Source: Candidatus Altimarinota bacterium (GTDB taxonomy: Bacteria > Patescibacteriota > Gracilibacteria > CAIRYL01). Taken from it: a DNA stretch of 64,000 nucleotides. A model generated the notes under the pieces. It was not told where the DNA came from, did no database searches, and saw nothing but the letters and a program-made list of their open reading frames with translations. Both the position numbers and the translations under genes were made by a program. The stretch's first letter is position 1, and each line of letters opens with the position of its first letter. Below, in pieces: positions 36,456 through 46,754 of the stretch. The DNA lies in the NCBI GenBank assembly GCA_965250085.1, contig OZ252287.1:1216001-1280000 (forward strand), given 5' to 3'.

Positions 36456-38061
36456 TAAGTTCTGATTTCTTTTTTTCTAAGCGCTCAATCTCGTTCGTAA
36501 GTTCGGGGATTCTTTCTTCTAGACTTTGCTTTCTCTCTGAATATTCAATTATTTTTTCCGCGAGAGATTCAAATGAAGTTCCCATATTTTTGAAAATATA
36601 CTCGAAAGGATCTTTTTCTTCTGAGATATGGAGAGAGAGCCTTATTGATGTGATATCGCGGCAAACAAATCCTAATATTTGTAGTTGACCCCAAAGAAAT
36701 TCAAATTTTTTCATATTCAGTAATGCATCCCGTTTTAACTCTTCCATTCCATCCGCCGTATCATAGCTTATTGCTGTGGAGCGACTTACTATAGTTCCAT
36801 CAGCAATAGTGGTATTGTAATCAATACGTCCATGTTGAGAGAGCGTCTGAAGACATCCATACACGGAGCTTAGTGCTGCTCCCAAAAGAGACATGTTACT
36901 TGCATGTTTTAACTCAGTTTTTGGTTCGATTTTTTTAAAAAACCCATATACAGCCCTCAATTTTTTTTGTACTTGAGATAATTCTTTTTTTGCTGATTGT
37001 AAGGAGGAAGATACCTTTGCAAGATCAGATCGAATTTGAATATCTTGCTTCGCGAGTTCTTGTGCACGAATGCTTTCCTCACTCACACATGTCTCAGGTT
37101 GACGAGATGATCTCTTGTCATTTGCCCCAGGAGATATATCGGGCGGTGGTGCTTTTGCTTTTTGGTCTTGCAAAAGAACTCGTATAGGACTGATATCAAT
37201 ATCCCTGATAGTACTGCTACCATTTCCTTCATAAAAACTCAGTCCATCCGGAAGATGAGAGAAGGGATCCGTGATATCTTGTACATAAGAATCCAGTTTT
37301 GTTTCTAGTTCCAAACTATATCCGACAACTTCCTTTTTTCGCTGCTCCCAAAGATCCAGAATAATTGTTGACACGTCTTTTTTAAATTGAGAAAAACTTT
37401 CTGGATGGTCCATTTCTGAGTATTGTAAATACAGAGCTCCACCGACTTTTGAAATAAGATGAGAGAGCAATTCAGCAAAGGTGAGGACAAGCTGTTTGTT
37501 TGCTTTTAGCACATGTTCTCGTACATTTTTTCTTGCATCTTCTGGTGCAAATTTTGCAAATGGGTCAGATTCTTTTAGGATGTGATGAAGTTTTTGTAGT
37601 TTTTGGTGTACTGTTTGACTGAGGACAGAAACAAGAATGTTTTGCAGTCTTTGCGGAGACTCAAACCATCCAATATCAACATATTCGCTCCCATTTGGAT
37701 TTTTTTGCATATCTTCATCCAGGCGCTGTCTCGTTTTCTTGATAGCACCAGCAACAATCCCCAACTCAGAAAGAAGAGTATCTGCGAAAGGAAGTCTTGG
37801 GAGATGAAGAACTGATCGTAATTTGTCTAGATCGCTAAGTTCAAGCTCTAAAAGACGCAATTCATCACGACCTACAGTTTCTCCTCCGATTCCTAATTCA
37901 CTGAAGAGGTTTGTAACAAGTGCATCATATTCCTCTATCACTTGGGGTACTATATGCTGCGCACCACATGTTTCAGGTGTACAGACCTTTTTCAAAGCTT
38001 GAGTAAGGTCACTTGGGCTTGTAAGATCATAAGATTTTTGGGGTGCGAGAGGTTCACTCAT
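36409..38061 (-). CDS. Hypothetical alpha-helical/coiled-coil protein (550 aa)
   Basis: Long ORF, Leu/Glu/Lys-rich heptads, no recognisable catalytic motif. Confidence 0.75.
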   Translation of the reverse strand: MSEPLAPQKSYDLTSPSDLTQALKKVCTPETCGAQHIVPQVIEEYDALVTNLFSELGIGGETVGRDELRLLELELSDLDKLRSVLHLPRLPFADTLLSELGIVAGAIKKTRQRLDEDMQKNPNGSEYVDIGWFESPQRLQNILVSVLSQTVHQKLQKLHHILKESDPFAKFAPEDARKNVREHVLKANKQLVLTFAELLSHLISKVGGALYLQYSEMDHPESFSQFKKDVSTIILDLWEQRKKEVVGYSLELETKLDSYVQDITDPFSHLPDGLSFYEGNGSSTIRDIDISPIRVLLQDQKAKAPPPDISPGANDKRSSRQPETCVSEESIRAQELAKQDIQIRSDLAKVSSSLQSAKKELSQVQKKLRAVYGFFKKIEPKTELKHASNMSLLGAALSSVYGCLQTLSQHGRIDYNTTIADGTIVSRSTAISYDTADGMEELKRDALLNMKKFEFLWGQLQILGFVCRDITSIRLSLHISEEKDPFEYIFKNMGTSFESLAEKIIEYSERKQSLEERIPELTNEIERLEKKKSELITQLRALRAPSFPDS

Positions 38062-38103
38062 GAATTAGATACAAATAACGTAGGGTGTATTGTAATAAAA
38101 AAT

Positions 38104-38813
38104 GGCTCTTGAGTAGAATAATTACTTCAATTATTCTCTTAACATGCTTAAACACAGTAAAATATCGAATTATAAGATCAAAAAAATATTGAAGTGTTTT
38201 TGTGAAGATCTCAATGCATCAAAAACAGCAAATATTCTAGATCTCAATCGGAGAACGGTTGATCGATATTTTAATATTTTTAGAGAAAAGATTGCAAAGT
38301 TCTCTTTAGCACAGTCAAAGAGTTTTGGAGAATTTGAACTTGATGAAAGTTACTTTGGAGCAAAGAGAGTGAGAGGAAAGAGAGGAAGAGGAGCCGCAGG
38401 AAAGACTCCTGTCTTTGGAATCCTTCAAAGAGAAGGAAGGGTATTTGTTTCTATTGTAAAAGATTGCTCCAGAAAAGAGCTCCTACCTATTATTCAAGGA
38501 AAAATACTAGAAGGATCAACTATTCATACTGATGGATGGAGAGCTTATGATGGACTCATTCTCAATGGATATGATCACTATCGTATTCATCACTCAGAAA
38601 ATGAATTTGCACGAGGAAAATGTCATGTAAATGGTATTGAATCCTTTTGGTCTTTTGCGAAAAGAAGACTCTCTAAGTTTAACGGAATTGCTTCTCACAA
38701 GTTTAACTTTCACCTCAAAGAATGTGAGTGGCGATGGAACTATAAAGATCAAGATATTTTTGTTATAATGTCCAAAATTATCAGAGATTTTTAAAATCTC
38801 CTACTCTAGAGCC
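38104..38813 (+). mobile_element. IS1595 family insertion sequence (IS1016-like size, 710 bp)
   Basis: Terminal IRs GGCTCTTGAGTAG / CTACTCTAGAGCC (12/13); 8-bp TSD TAAAAAAT at 38096-38103 and 38814-38821. Confidence 0.95.
38144..38794 (+). CDS. IS1595 family DDE transposase
   Basis: N-terminal HTH; ELDESYFG, GKRGRGA.GK, IHTDGWRAY, HVNGIESFWS, LKECEWR.N. Confidence 0.96.
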   Translation: MLKHSKISNYKIKKILKCFCEDLNASKTANILDLNRRTVDRYFNIFREKIAKFSLAQSKSFGEFELDESYFGAKRVRGKRGRGAAGKTPVFGILQREGRVFVSIVKDCSRKELLPIIQGKILEGSTIHTDGWRAYDGLILNGYDHYRIHHSENEFARGKCHVNGIESFWSFAKRRLSKFNGIASHKFNFHLKECEWRWNYKDQDIFVIMSKIIRDF

Positions 38814-38895
38814 TAAAAAATTAATGTTTGTCAAATATAAATTATATGTCTTAATAGAAATATGCAATTTGTACAGTAGCGAGTTTTATTAGTTC

Positions 38896-38924
38896 TTGAA
38901 ATAGACTACTTCAAAATATACAAT
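38896..38924 (+). promoter_or_regulatory. Putative sigma70 promoter of tRNA-Ser
   Basis: TTGAAA-17 nt-TACAAT, 21 nt upstream of the tRNA. Confidence 0.65.
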
Positions 38925-38945
38925 TCCTCTGCTCTCAATATCCGT

Positions 38946-39035
38946 GGAGGGATGGCAGAGTGGTCGAATGCGACGGTCTTGAAAACCGTTAGGGCGGCAA
39001 CGTCTTCCAGGGTTCGAATCCCTGTCCCTCCGCCA
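38946..39035 (+). tRNA. tRNA-Ser (anticodon TGA)
   Basis: GGAGGGA acceptor stem, anticodon loop CT-TGA-AA, long variable arm, GGTTCGAATCC, ends GCCA. Confidence 0.96.
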
Positions 39036-39249
39036 CAGTTGAATTCGAGCTGAAAACGAGCTCGAAGAGCGAAGTTTGAAGCCGAAAATACTGTGTGCTG
39101 ATGAGTTCGCTCCCGCGAACGAACCAGTGCGTTGAATTCGAGACGAACGAAGTGAATCCGAAGATACTGCGTCCCGAGCTTTGCGAGGGACTTTGAAAAA
39201 AGATTAATTATCTTAGGATACTAGACCCGAATACCCTGCCAAAAAAATG

Positions 39250-41469
39250 CTAGTAATCCGGTGGAATGTCGTAGTAATCGAGCAAAAATTCGGTTACTTC
39301 CTTGAATATCGGTGCAGCGGTAGTTGATCCCCATGTGTTGTCTGTTGATTCCAGTCTCGGACGATCAAATTTTACGAGAACAACAAATTTAGGATGCTCC
39401 GCAGGAGCATATCCGACAAAGCTGGTGATCACACTTCCCAATTTACTGGTGTTTTCATATCCAGGGCCATCTGTGCGAGCAATTTGTGAAGTTCCGGTTT
39501 TTCCTGCTACTCGATATCCCTCTATTCTTGCAGGACGTGCCACTCCTTCTTCTACCGCAGAAATGAGCATAGCAGTGATCGTTTGAGCAGTGTCAGCTTT
39601 AAGGACATTTGTACTTTCGGGTTCGATTATTTCCAAAGTCCCATCAGCGTGATAAATCTCTTCAATAATGTGTGGTTCTGGCAAAAGGCCTCCATTGGCC
39701 ATTGCAGACCACGCGGTAACAACCTGCAAAGGAGTTGCAGAAATTCCTTGTCCAAATGCATGATTAAAGAGAGCTGCTGTCGACCACTGAGTATAGTAAC
39801 TCAGAGTGCCAGATTGTTCTTCATCGAGTTCTACGTACGTTTCTTTTCCAAAGCCATACTCTTCCAAATATTGGTGCATCAGACTTTTTCCCAATTTGCG
39901 AGCCACAAAGACCATTCCAAGATTTGATGATCTTTGAAGAGCTTCTTTCATGGTTTGCCATCCCAAATATTGGGAATCTGCATTTCGAATGGGGACGAGT
40001 CTTCCTCCCACATCTACCTCTACCGGCTTTTCTTCTAAATACTTTGTATTCGGGATTACTTCATTTTCATTAAGAGCAATCGCCATCACCAATGGTTTGA
40101 ATACCGACCCTGGTTCATAGATCTCCTGAACGGCCCTGTTGAGATATGCGCCAGGACCAGCAAAATTTTCATATACATAAAATTCTGGATCAAATCCAAG
40201 CTTCCAAGCTTCTTCATATTCTTCAAATGAAGAAGAGATGAGACCTTCGTCTGGGTCATTTGGATCCTTTTTAAAAAGGGGAGTGGTTTCAAATATTCTG
40301 TCGGTGTCCTCTGGAGTCGTTCTGCGAGTCAAATACACATTTCCAAATTCATTCGGATCAAAGGAGGGGGCATTTGCCAGAGCAAGAATTTTCCCGTTCT
40401 TTGGATTCATAACGATCACTTGTCCGGAATCAGCACGAAAGCGTTTTACTGCGGATTCCAAAACTTCTTCTACTTTTTTTTGTATAACACGATCAAGAGT
40501 GAGGACGATATTACTTCCATCAATTGCTTTCTGAAAATCTTCTACAGTGAGTTCTATAACACGCCCACGTGTATCTGTTTTTCGAGCATGCTTTCCTTTT
40601 TTTCCAAGGAGCACATTATTCATTTTCCCCTCTATGCCATATTGACCCACACCATCATGATTTAAAAATCCAATTATTTGCGACGCCAACTTTCCTTCCG
40701 GATAAAACCTCAACTGCTTTGACTCCAAAATTACGCCTTTGAAATAATCAGGGAGTGCCAAGGAAGTATCTTTTTTTTGAGCATACAGTTTTTCTCTGTC
40801 TTGTTGATGTTCTCTTGCATATTTCCTCTTCAGTTCTGTAATGTGCTCAGACATTTCAGGAGTGAGTTGTCTTTTGATGAGTACATATCTATTGTCGGTA
40901 TTAACCTTACGAAAAATCTCTTCTTCTTTTTTTTGCAGTGCTTCTGAAAAGGTGGGAAGAAGAGGATTGAGGGCAAAGTTTAATTCAGATTTTTTTTCAC
41001 TCTCCCCCTCCTTATTTCCATCGTCTTCCTGGACGGCGAGCTCGGGAAAAATAACACTGTTTTCAGGACAGTATTCAATGTTTTCTTTACATTTTTCATA
41101 TTCATCTTCGGTAAAGATAATGGGAGTAAGGAGCTCAGAAACTAGTTTTTTATCAGGGATTTCCTGAGCATCTATTCTCAGTTCATCAAGAGAAGTATTG
41201 AGTGCTAGTTTTACAATGTTTCCAGTCGCATATTCTTTCACAATGATGTCTCCTCTTCGCGGAGTAAACTCTGTTTCTGAAGATGTTTGTGTTTGAATCT
41301 TCGCTACGTATTTATTTCCCTGTAGGATTTGGAGATAAAACAGACGTGAAATAATGATGGCAAAGAGAACACCAATGAAGACTGTGAGTATCTTGATACG
41401 ATCGGGAAAGAGAACTTTCCCGGGAGCAGTGTATCGAGTCGACCATTTTTTTCTTCGTCTTTTAATCAC
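39250..41469 (-). CDS. Class B penicillin-binding protein (FtsI/PBP2-like transpeptidase)
   Basis: N-terminal TM, PRRGDI, RFYPEG, YEPGSVFK (SxxK), SSN, KTGT. Confidence 0.93.
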   Translation of the reverse strand: MIKRRRKKWSTRYTAPGKVLFPDRIKILTVFIGVLFAIIISRLFYLQILQGNKYVAKIQTQTSSETEFTPRRGDIIVKEYATGNIVKLALNTSLDELRIDAQEIPDKKLVSELLTPIIFTEDEYEKCKENIEYCPENSVIFPELAVQEDDGNKEGESEKKSELNFALNPLLPTFSEALQKKEEEIFRKVNTDNRYVLIKRQLTPEMSEHITELKRKYAREHQQDREKLYAQKKDTSLALPDYFKGVILESKQLRFYPEGKLASQIIGFLNHDGVGQYGIEGKMNNVLLGKKGKHARKTDTRGRVIELTVEDFQKAIDGSNIVLTLDRVIQKKVEEVLESAVKRFRADSGQVIVMNPKNGKILALANAPSFDPNEFGNVYLTRRTTPEDTDRIFETTPLFKKDPNDPDEGLISSSFEEYEEAWKLGFDPEFYVYENFAGPGAYLNRAVQEIYEPGSVFKPLVMAIALNENEVIPNTKYLEEKPVEVDVGGRLVPIRNADSQYLGWQTMKEALQRSSNLGMVFVARKLGKSLMHQYLEEYGFGKETYVELDEEQSGTLSYYTQWSTAALFNHAFGQGISATPLQVVTAWSAMANGGLLPEPHIIEEIYHADGTLEIIEPESTNVLKADTAQTITAMLISAVEEGVARPARIEGYRVAGKTGTSQIARTDGPGYENTSKLGSVITSFVGYAPAEHPKFVVLVKFDRPRLESTDNTWGSTTAAPIFKEVTEFLLDYYDIPPDY

Positions 41470-41552
41470 AGAAATGAGTTACAAGTTTCTAAAGTTATAA
41501 AGTTTATAAAGGGTAAGCAAAGGACATTATATATGACTTTTTACTTTCTACT

Positions 41553-42005
41553 TTATGAACTTGGAGTATCAGTACTTCCAAAACCTCCTCTCGTCTCATG
41601 TGATACATCATCGATGTCGACCTCTTGCCAGTCGGCTCTGTCTACACGTACAAACATGCCCTGTGCTATTTTTTCTCCTCTCTGAACAGTAACAGTTGCA
41701 TCGGAGAAATTTCTGACTTGAATAAGTAGTTCGTCTTTTGGTCCGCAATAATCCTGATCAATCACGCCAATGGAATGCGGCATATCAAGACCTTTTTTTC
41801 GAGGAGTAGATGATCTGGGGGCAATAATCAGCGCATGACTTTCTGTTGTTTTGATGATAAGTCCTGTGGGGATCAGTTCAATTTTTCCTGGCTCAATTAT
41901 CATTTCTTTTGCCGCAGAGAGATCAAATCCTACTGCTCCGGCAGTTTCAAATTTTGGGAGCTCGAGCCCTTTGGCATGCTCAAGCTGTGTGATTTGTACA
42001 TTCAT
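41553..42005 (-). CDS. dut: dUTP diphosphatase (trimeric)
   Basis: AVGFDL, IPTGL, PRSS, GVIDQDY.G, IAQ, RGGFGST. Confidence 0.96.
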   Translation of the reverse strand: MNVQITQLEHAKGLELPKFETAGAVGFDLSAAKEMIIEPGKIELIPTGLIIKTTESHALIIAPRSSTPRKKGLDMPHSIGVIDQDYCGPKDELLIQVRNFSDATVTVQRGEKIAQGMFVRVDRADWQEVDIDDVSHETRGGFGSTDTPSS

Positions 42006-42277
42006 TTCATTTTTAAAACAAGCACAGCGTATTGTACGTTTTTTGGAGTTTTCTGAAATAGAAATTTTATCAATGTCTTATACTCAAGAACGATCTTTGA
42101 TCTCCCAAGGTTTTTCCAGAAGAATCAAGGACCTTTTGCAATACGGCTAGATTGACGAACTTACCCAATTCCATACTTTGAAAACTCCTCGACAAAAGCA
42201 CATTTTATGGGCTCTTGGACTGTTAAAAGGAGGGTATTTCTGCTATAATTATGGGAATATTCTGAATTCTTATTTCT

Positions 42278-43132
42278 ATGGACCTCTTCAGACTTATTTC
42301 AGCGCTTTTACTCAGTTTTCTCCCTGTCTTCTTTTGGATGATTGTGCTTAATCGCAAACATCGCAACGGAATGCATTTTTTCTTTGGGATCAATTTTGTA
42401 CTGGCAGCTTTGTTTTCTGCAGTTTTTCATCATTTTTTAGAGTTTAGAATAGAAAATATTATTCAGGGGGATCTCTCTTTTGGATTTCGCGTTTTTGCCA
42501 GCTATCTCCTCATGGGGATCTGCATTGAATACGGAAAAAACTTTATTGTGCGCTTAACAGGACATAGATATTTTAGAAGTATTGACGATGTTCTGGATCT
42601 CTCTTTTGCCACTGCTCTTGGATTTACGTTTTACCAAAATTTCTTTCACTTTCACCAAGTGTTTGCCGGTGACTTTCCAGACATTGCAGGTCCTGTCAAA
42701 ATCCTCAAAGAAGTGATTCAGAGCACCTTCTATATTCTTCCTATTCATTTGTTTTGTTCCGGATTCTTTGGATATTTTTATGGACTCGCACTTTTTGCTA
42801 CCGACAAGCTCAAGGACCAAGATGCTGCTCATTCACGAGTGCGTCTCTTGGGACACAAGACCGCAAAAATCATAGAAGGGACATTTGTCTCCGTGCTGTT
42901 TTATGGTGTGTTTTTTACCATCCTCAAACTCGATCCCAGCATAGGAGATATGATGGAAATACTTGGATTTAATCGTCCGATTTTGTTTGGAACTGAAATA
43001 GATGAAAAGCTCATGCCACTATTCTCTTTTTTCTTTTTTGGACTGGGAACGATAATTCTTTTCCAACTCCTCGACAAAAAACGAGAATTTTCTCAAAAAA
43101 AACTTCTTCTCGAAAAAAATAAAACCTCTTAG
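42278..43132 (+). CDS. PrsW-like intramembrane protease family protein (degenerate motifs)
   Basis: Multi-TM; IEYGK (canonical EExxK), ALGFTFYQN (canonical GF...EN), PIHLFCSGFFGYFYG. Confidence 0.7.
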   Translation: MDLFRLISALLLSFLPVFFWMIVLNRKHRNGMHFFFGINFVLAALFSAVFHHFLEFRIENIIQGDLSFGFRVFASYLLMGICIEYGKNFIVRLTGHRYFRSIDDVLDLSFATALGFTFYQNFFHFHQVFAGDFPDIAGPVKILKEVIQSTFYILPIHLFCSGFFGYFYGLALFATDKLKDQDAAHSRVRLLGHKTAKIIEGTFVSVLFYGVFFTILKLDPSIGDMMEILGFNRPILFGTEIDEKLMPLFSFFFFGLGTIILFQLLDKKREFSQKKLLLEKNKTS

Positions 43133-43139
43133 ATGCAAT

Positions 43140-45764
43140 ATGAAATTTAAAACACTCTTCAAATTTCGGTTTTTCTTTCTCTCACTTCTGGTGGTCACCA
43201 TCAGTTTGCTCAAGTGGGCAGGAGCGAATGCAGATTATGAATCCATCTGGCAGTTTCTTTCTGAGAATCCCATAGAACTCCTGGTTGATATATTTTGGAT
43301 ATATTACGCGCTCAAAGGGGGTATCTATATGATGCGATGGTGGTACCACGAACGCAAAGTAGAAGATCTGGTGTTTCTGGAAGTGAGTGTCAATCGGTCG
43401 GACTCCAAGGTGGATTATGAAAAAAAAGTCGAAAAAGACTTTAAAGAAAAAATTGCTGTGATGTCACAGCTCTACCGTGCTCTGACGGAACTCACAGATC
43501 TCAATTTCTGGCATTCGGTCAAATCATGGCTCTGGGATTATGAGCGAATTTCTTTTGAGCTCGTGATGAAAAACAAACAACTTCACTTCTACGTAGTATG
43601 TGATGAATACTTTCAAAGTATTTTGGAAAAACAAATCACCACATTTTATCCCAGTGCCGATATTCAGGTGTCTGATGACTACGAATTCAAAAGATCAAAG
43701 TACAAATACAATGGATTTTATATGCACGCCGTCAAAGAAGAGCAATATCCTATCTTCATGTTTCGCGAAGCAGAAGAGGATCCGCTCAATGATCTCTCCA
43801 ATGTATTTTCTAAAATGGAAGATGACGAGACCGCTGTAATCCAAATGGTAATCAATCCGGTCAGAGGAGACAAATGGCGCGATGAGGCAGAGAAAGATGC
43901 TATGGCAATGTTTCAAAAGAAGAAGCGATGGAAAATACCAATCATTTCCAGCATTCCGCTGGTGGGATCAGTTCTGAATTTTATTTTCTCTCTCTTTATG
44001 CCGGGAGGAGCCGCCAGTATTACCAATGCACCTGGAGCCAGTGGTGGAGATAGTTATATCCGTATGATTCAGCCAAAAGAAGAAGCCATCAAGCGTATGG
44101 GAATCAAAGCCGGACAACCTGGTTTTGAAACCGCTATTCGAGTAATGGCATGTGCCAAGTCACACGCCAGAGTAGAAGATATTCTGAACAATCTGGTGGT
44201 TGCGTTTTCTATTTTTAAAGACTCCTATAATAACTGGTTTCAAAATAGACGAATCTTTCCGCTCAATGCGATCAATGCACCGCTTATTTTTCATGGATTT
44301 AAAAGACGACTCTGTAAATTCTATATGGGGAAAAATTTTCTCATGGTACCAGATGAACTCGCCACCATATTTCACTTTCCTGATGCCAAGTACAATACTG
44401 CGGCGATTATCAAATGGCTCAAGTACAAAGTCCTTCCTCCTCCTCCAGATATGCCAAAAGAAGGTCTACTTCTCGGGAATAATAACTATCGAGGGCAAGA
44501 ATCACCGGTGTATATTGCTGAGCAGGACAGATCCCGCCATATGTATATCATTGGAAAATCTGGATCTGGTAAATCCGCAATGCTCTCGTTCCTCGCCCGG
44601 CAAGATGCAGCAAATGGCAATGGATTCTGTCTTATCGATCCTCATGGAGATCTCGTAGAAGATCTACTGGGATTTATTCCGAAAGAGAGAGCCAAAGACG
44701 TCATTGTCTTCAATCCGGCAGATATAGAGCGCCCCATGGGACTCAACCTCCTGGAAGCCAATACTCCGGAAGAAAAAGATCGTGCCTCCCTCGATGCGAT
44801 GGAAATTTTTATCAAACTCTTTGGAAATGAAATATTTGGACCGCGTATTCAGCATTACTTTCGTAATGGATGTCTGACGCTTATGGATGATGAAGATGAA
44901 GGCGCAACACTTATTGATATTCCGAGACTTTTTGTGGATGAAGAGTTCCAAAAATACAAAGTCTCAAAATGTAAAAATACGGTGGTGAAACAATTTTGGG
45001 AAAACGAAATGGCAAAGACCGGAGCGCGAGAAAAAGAAGAAATGATTCCCTATTTTTCTTCCAAGTTTGGACCGTTTGTGACCAACACCACGATGCGCAA
45101 TATCATCGGACAATCAAAATCAGCATTTAATATTCGGGAAATCATGGACTCGGGCAAAATCCTGCTGGTCAATCTGTCCAAGGGACGCATTGGGGATATG
45201 AATGCTCAGCTCTTGGGTCTTATATTTGTGAATAAAATCGCCATGGCGGCTATGAGCCGTGCCGATATGCCGGAAAGTGAACGAAAGCCATTTTTCTTGT
45301 ATGTGGATGAGTTTCAAAATTTCGCGACCGATGCCTTTGCTGACATCCTCTCTGAGGCACGAAAGTACAAATTGCATCTGCTGATGGCACACCAATACAT
45401 TGCTCAGCTCCAAGAAGTCCATAACTATGAGAAGCAATCCAAGGTCAAAGATGCCGTGTTTGGTAATGTGGGGACTATGGTGACGTTTAAAGTGGGAGCC
45501 GAAGATGCGGAATACTTTTCCAAAGAGTACGCACCACTGCTTTCAGAGCAGGATATTCTGGGACTGGCGAATTATAAAGCCTATGTGAAACTCAATATCA
45601 ACAATGCCCCTTCGCGACCGTTCTCTATGGGAACCATATGGGATCCCAGTGGACGCAATCAAAAGATTGCTGATATCGTCAAAGAATATTCACGCATGAA
45701 ATACGGACGCAAGCGAGAGTTTGTGGACAAAGAGATTGAGGCAAGACTCGGAATGATTGAGTAA
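43140..45764 (+). CDS. VirD4/TraG-like type IV coupling ATPase (CPR type) with N-terminal TM extension
   Basis: DRSRHMYIIGKSGSGKS (Walker A), IDPHGD, LYVDEFQNF (Walker B), ILSEARKY, AVFGNVGT. Confidence 0.9.
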   Translation: MKFKTLFKFRFFFLSLLVVTISLLKWAGANADYESIWQFLSENPIELLVDIFWIYYALKGGIYMMRWWYHERKVEDLVFLEVSVNRSDSKVDYEKKVEKDFKEKIAVMSQLYRALTELTDLNFWHSVKSWLWDYERISFELVMKNKQLHFYVVCDEYFQSILEKQITTFYPSADIQVSDDYEFKRSKYKYNGFYMHAVKEEQYPIFMFREAEEDPLNDLSNVFSKMEDDETAVIQMVINPVRGDKWRDEAEKDAMAMFQKKKRWKIPIISSIPLVGSVLNFIFSLFMPGGAASITNAPGASGGDSYIRMIQPKEEAIKRMGIKAGQPGFETAIRVMACAKSHARVEDILNNLVVAFSIFKDSYNNWFQNRRIFPLNAINAPLIFHGFKRRLCKFYMGKNFLMVPDELATIFHFPDAKYNTAAIIKWLKYKVLPPPPDMPKEGLLLGNNNYRGQESPVYIAEQDRSRHMYIIGKSGSGKSAMLSFLARQDAANGNGFCLIDPHGDLVEDLLGFIPKERAKDVIVFNPADIERPMGLNLLEANTPEEKDRASLDAMEIFIKLFGNEIFGPRIQHYFRNGCLTLMDDEDEGATLIDIPRLFVDEEFQKYKVSKCKNTVVKQFWENEMAKTGAREKEEMIPYFSSKFGPFVTNTTMRNIIGQSKSAFNIREIMDSGKILLVNLSKGRIGDMNAQLLGLIFVNKIAMAAMSRADMPESERKPFFLYVDEFQNFATDAFADILSEARKYKLHLLMAHQYIAQLQEVHNYEKQSKVKDAVFGNVGTMVTFKVGAEDAEYFSKEYAPLLSEQDILGLANYKAYVKLNINNAPSRPFSMGTIWDPSGRNQKIADIVKEYSRMKYGRKREFVDKEIEARLGMIE

Positions 45765-45846
45765 ATGAACACATTAGGCGATAGAACCTTATATAAATAT
45801 TGATATTCCATACAAATAGTGTTTTAATAAAACATCACTTATATTT

Positions 45847-46746
45847 ATGATGGATGTTCCTCCTATTTCAAGACAAGAGAGAAAAGAACCATCAGCAGAA
45901 GAAGTACTTGGCTTTCTTCACGAGTTCGCAATGCAAATGGAAAAATGCATTTATAGGCGTCTGGAAACTTGGTTTGAACTTTCTCGGCGGATCCATATAC
46001 CGCCGGACGAACTTGTTAGAGACGCCTGTGCGGGCGATGTGCTCTCTTCGATCAAGCCCGGCAAGTTCCCAGCCGAAGCTACAATTCTAAATATTCGAAA
46101 ACGACTCCGAGAGCTGATTCCTTCCGTATCTGAGCTATTGAAAGAGCTATCACAGCGCGAAGATAAGAAGCTTCTGTTATTTCAGCTCCGAGCAGGGATT
46201 GCAGAAGTTGAAGCTTCCATTTCTATCGCTGTTTGGAATCTTTTCAGGGATGAAAGGGCGACCATCTCGAGAGCCACTTGGGACGCACTGTGGAGTGGAT
46301 CCGATCAACCCGAAGCTGAAGAGTCAGGAATAATCGGACCTGATTTCTACAGAGCTTGTCTTGCCCTCCAAAAAGGAGCAACTGAGAAGCAGCAAGGAGC
46401 CAAAAATCACAAGCGGAGTGAAGCGGCCCGCACTGCGTGGAAACGAATACCGGCCGAGCAGAGAAGTGCGGCGGCGTCACACGCAGCACGCGCTCGGCAG
46501 CAAAGACTGCGCCAAGGCATTGATGCCAAGGCACTCAGCAAAAGTATCGGGAGCTTCCGATTGCAGCTTGGTTTTACACAAGCGCAATTCTCCGAGGCAC
46601 TTGCTAAGTACATGTCTAATGATGGAAAACCATCTCAGCCTCTAGTTGCTCGCTGGGAATCGGGCAAAGTACTGCCTAGTCCAAAGTATCGACAGGCATT
46701 GCTTAAACTCGCCGTCAAATCTGGATATGATCTGAGATTTCAGTAA
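45847..46746 (+). CDS. Hypothetical protein with C-terminal XRE-type HTH
   Basis: FRLQLGFTQAQFSEAL...SQPLVARWESGKVLP. Confidence 0.75.
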   Translation: MMDVPPISRQERKEPSAEEVLGFLHEFAMQMEKCIYRRLETWFELSRRIHIPPDELVRDACAGDVLSSIKPGKFPAEATILNIRKRLRELIPSVSELLKELSQREDKKLLLFQLRAGIAEVEASISIAVWNLFRDERATISRATWDALWSGSDQPEAEESGIIGPDFYRACLALQKGATEKQQGAKNHKRSEAARTAWKRIPAEQRSAAASHAARARQQRLRQGIDAKALSKSIGSFRLQLGFTQAQFSEALAKYMSNDGKPSQPLVARWESGKVLPSPKYRQALLKLAVKSGYDLRFQ

Positions 46747-46754
46747 TAATGTAA

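Noticed and set aside
41478-41512. Degenerate AAGTTTATA-like 8-9-mer repeats between the PBP gene and dut
   Set aside because: Only 3-4 imperfect AT-rich units; too weak to call on its own.
42073-42250. Small ORF or pseudogene between dut and the PrsW-like gene
   Set aside because: Stops after 25 codons and shows no recognisable similarity in the frames examined.
43140-45764. Conjugative element (ICE)
   Set aside because: The VirD4-like gene stands among housekeeping genes with no relaxase, VirB4 or integrase; such genes are ordinary chromosomal components in CPR.
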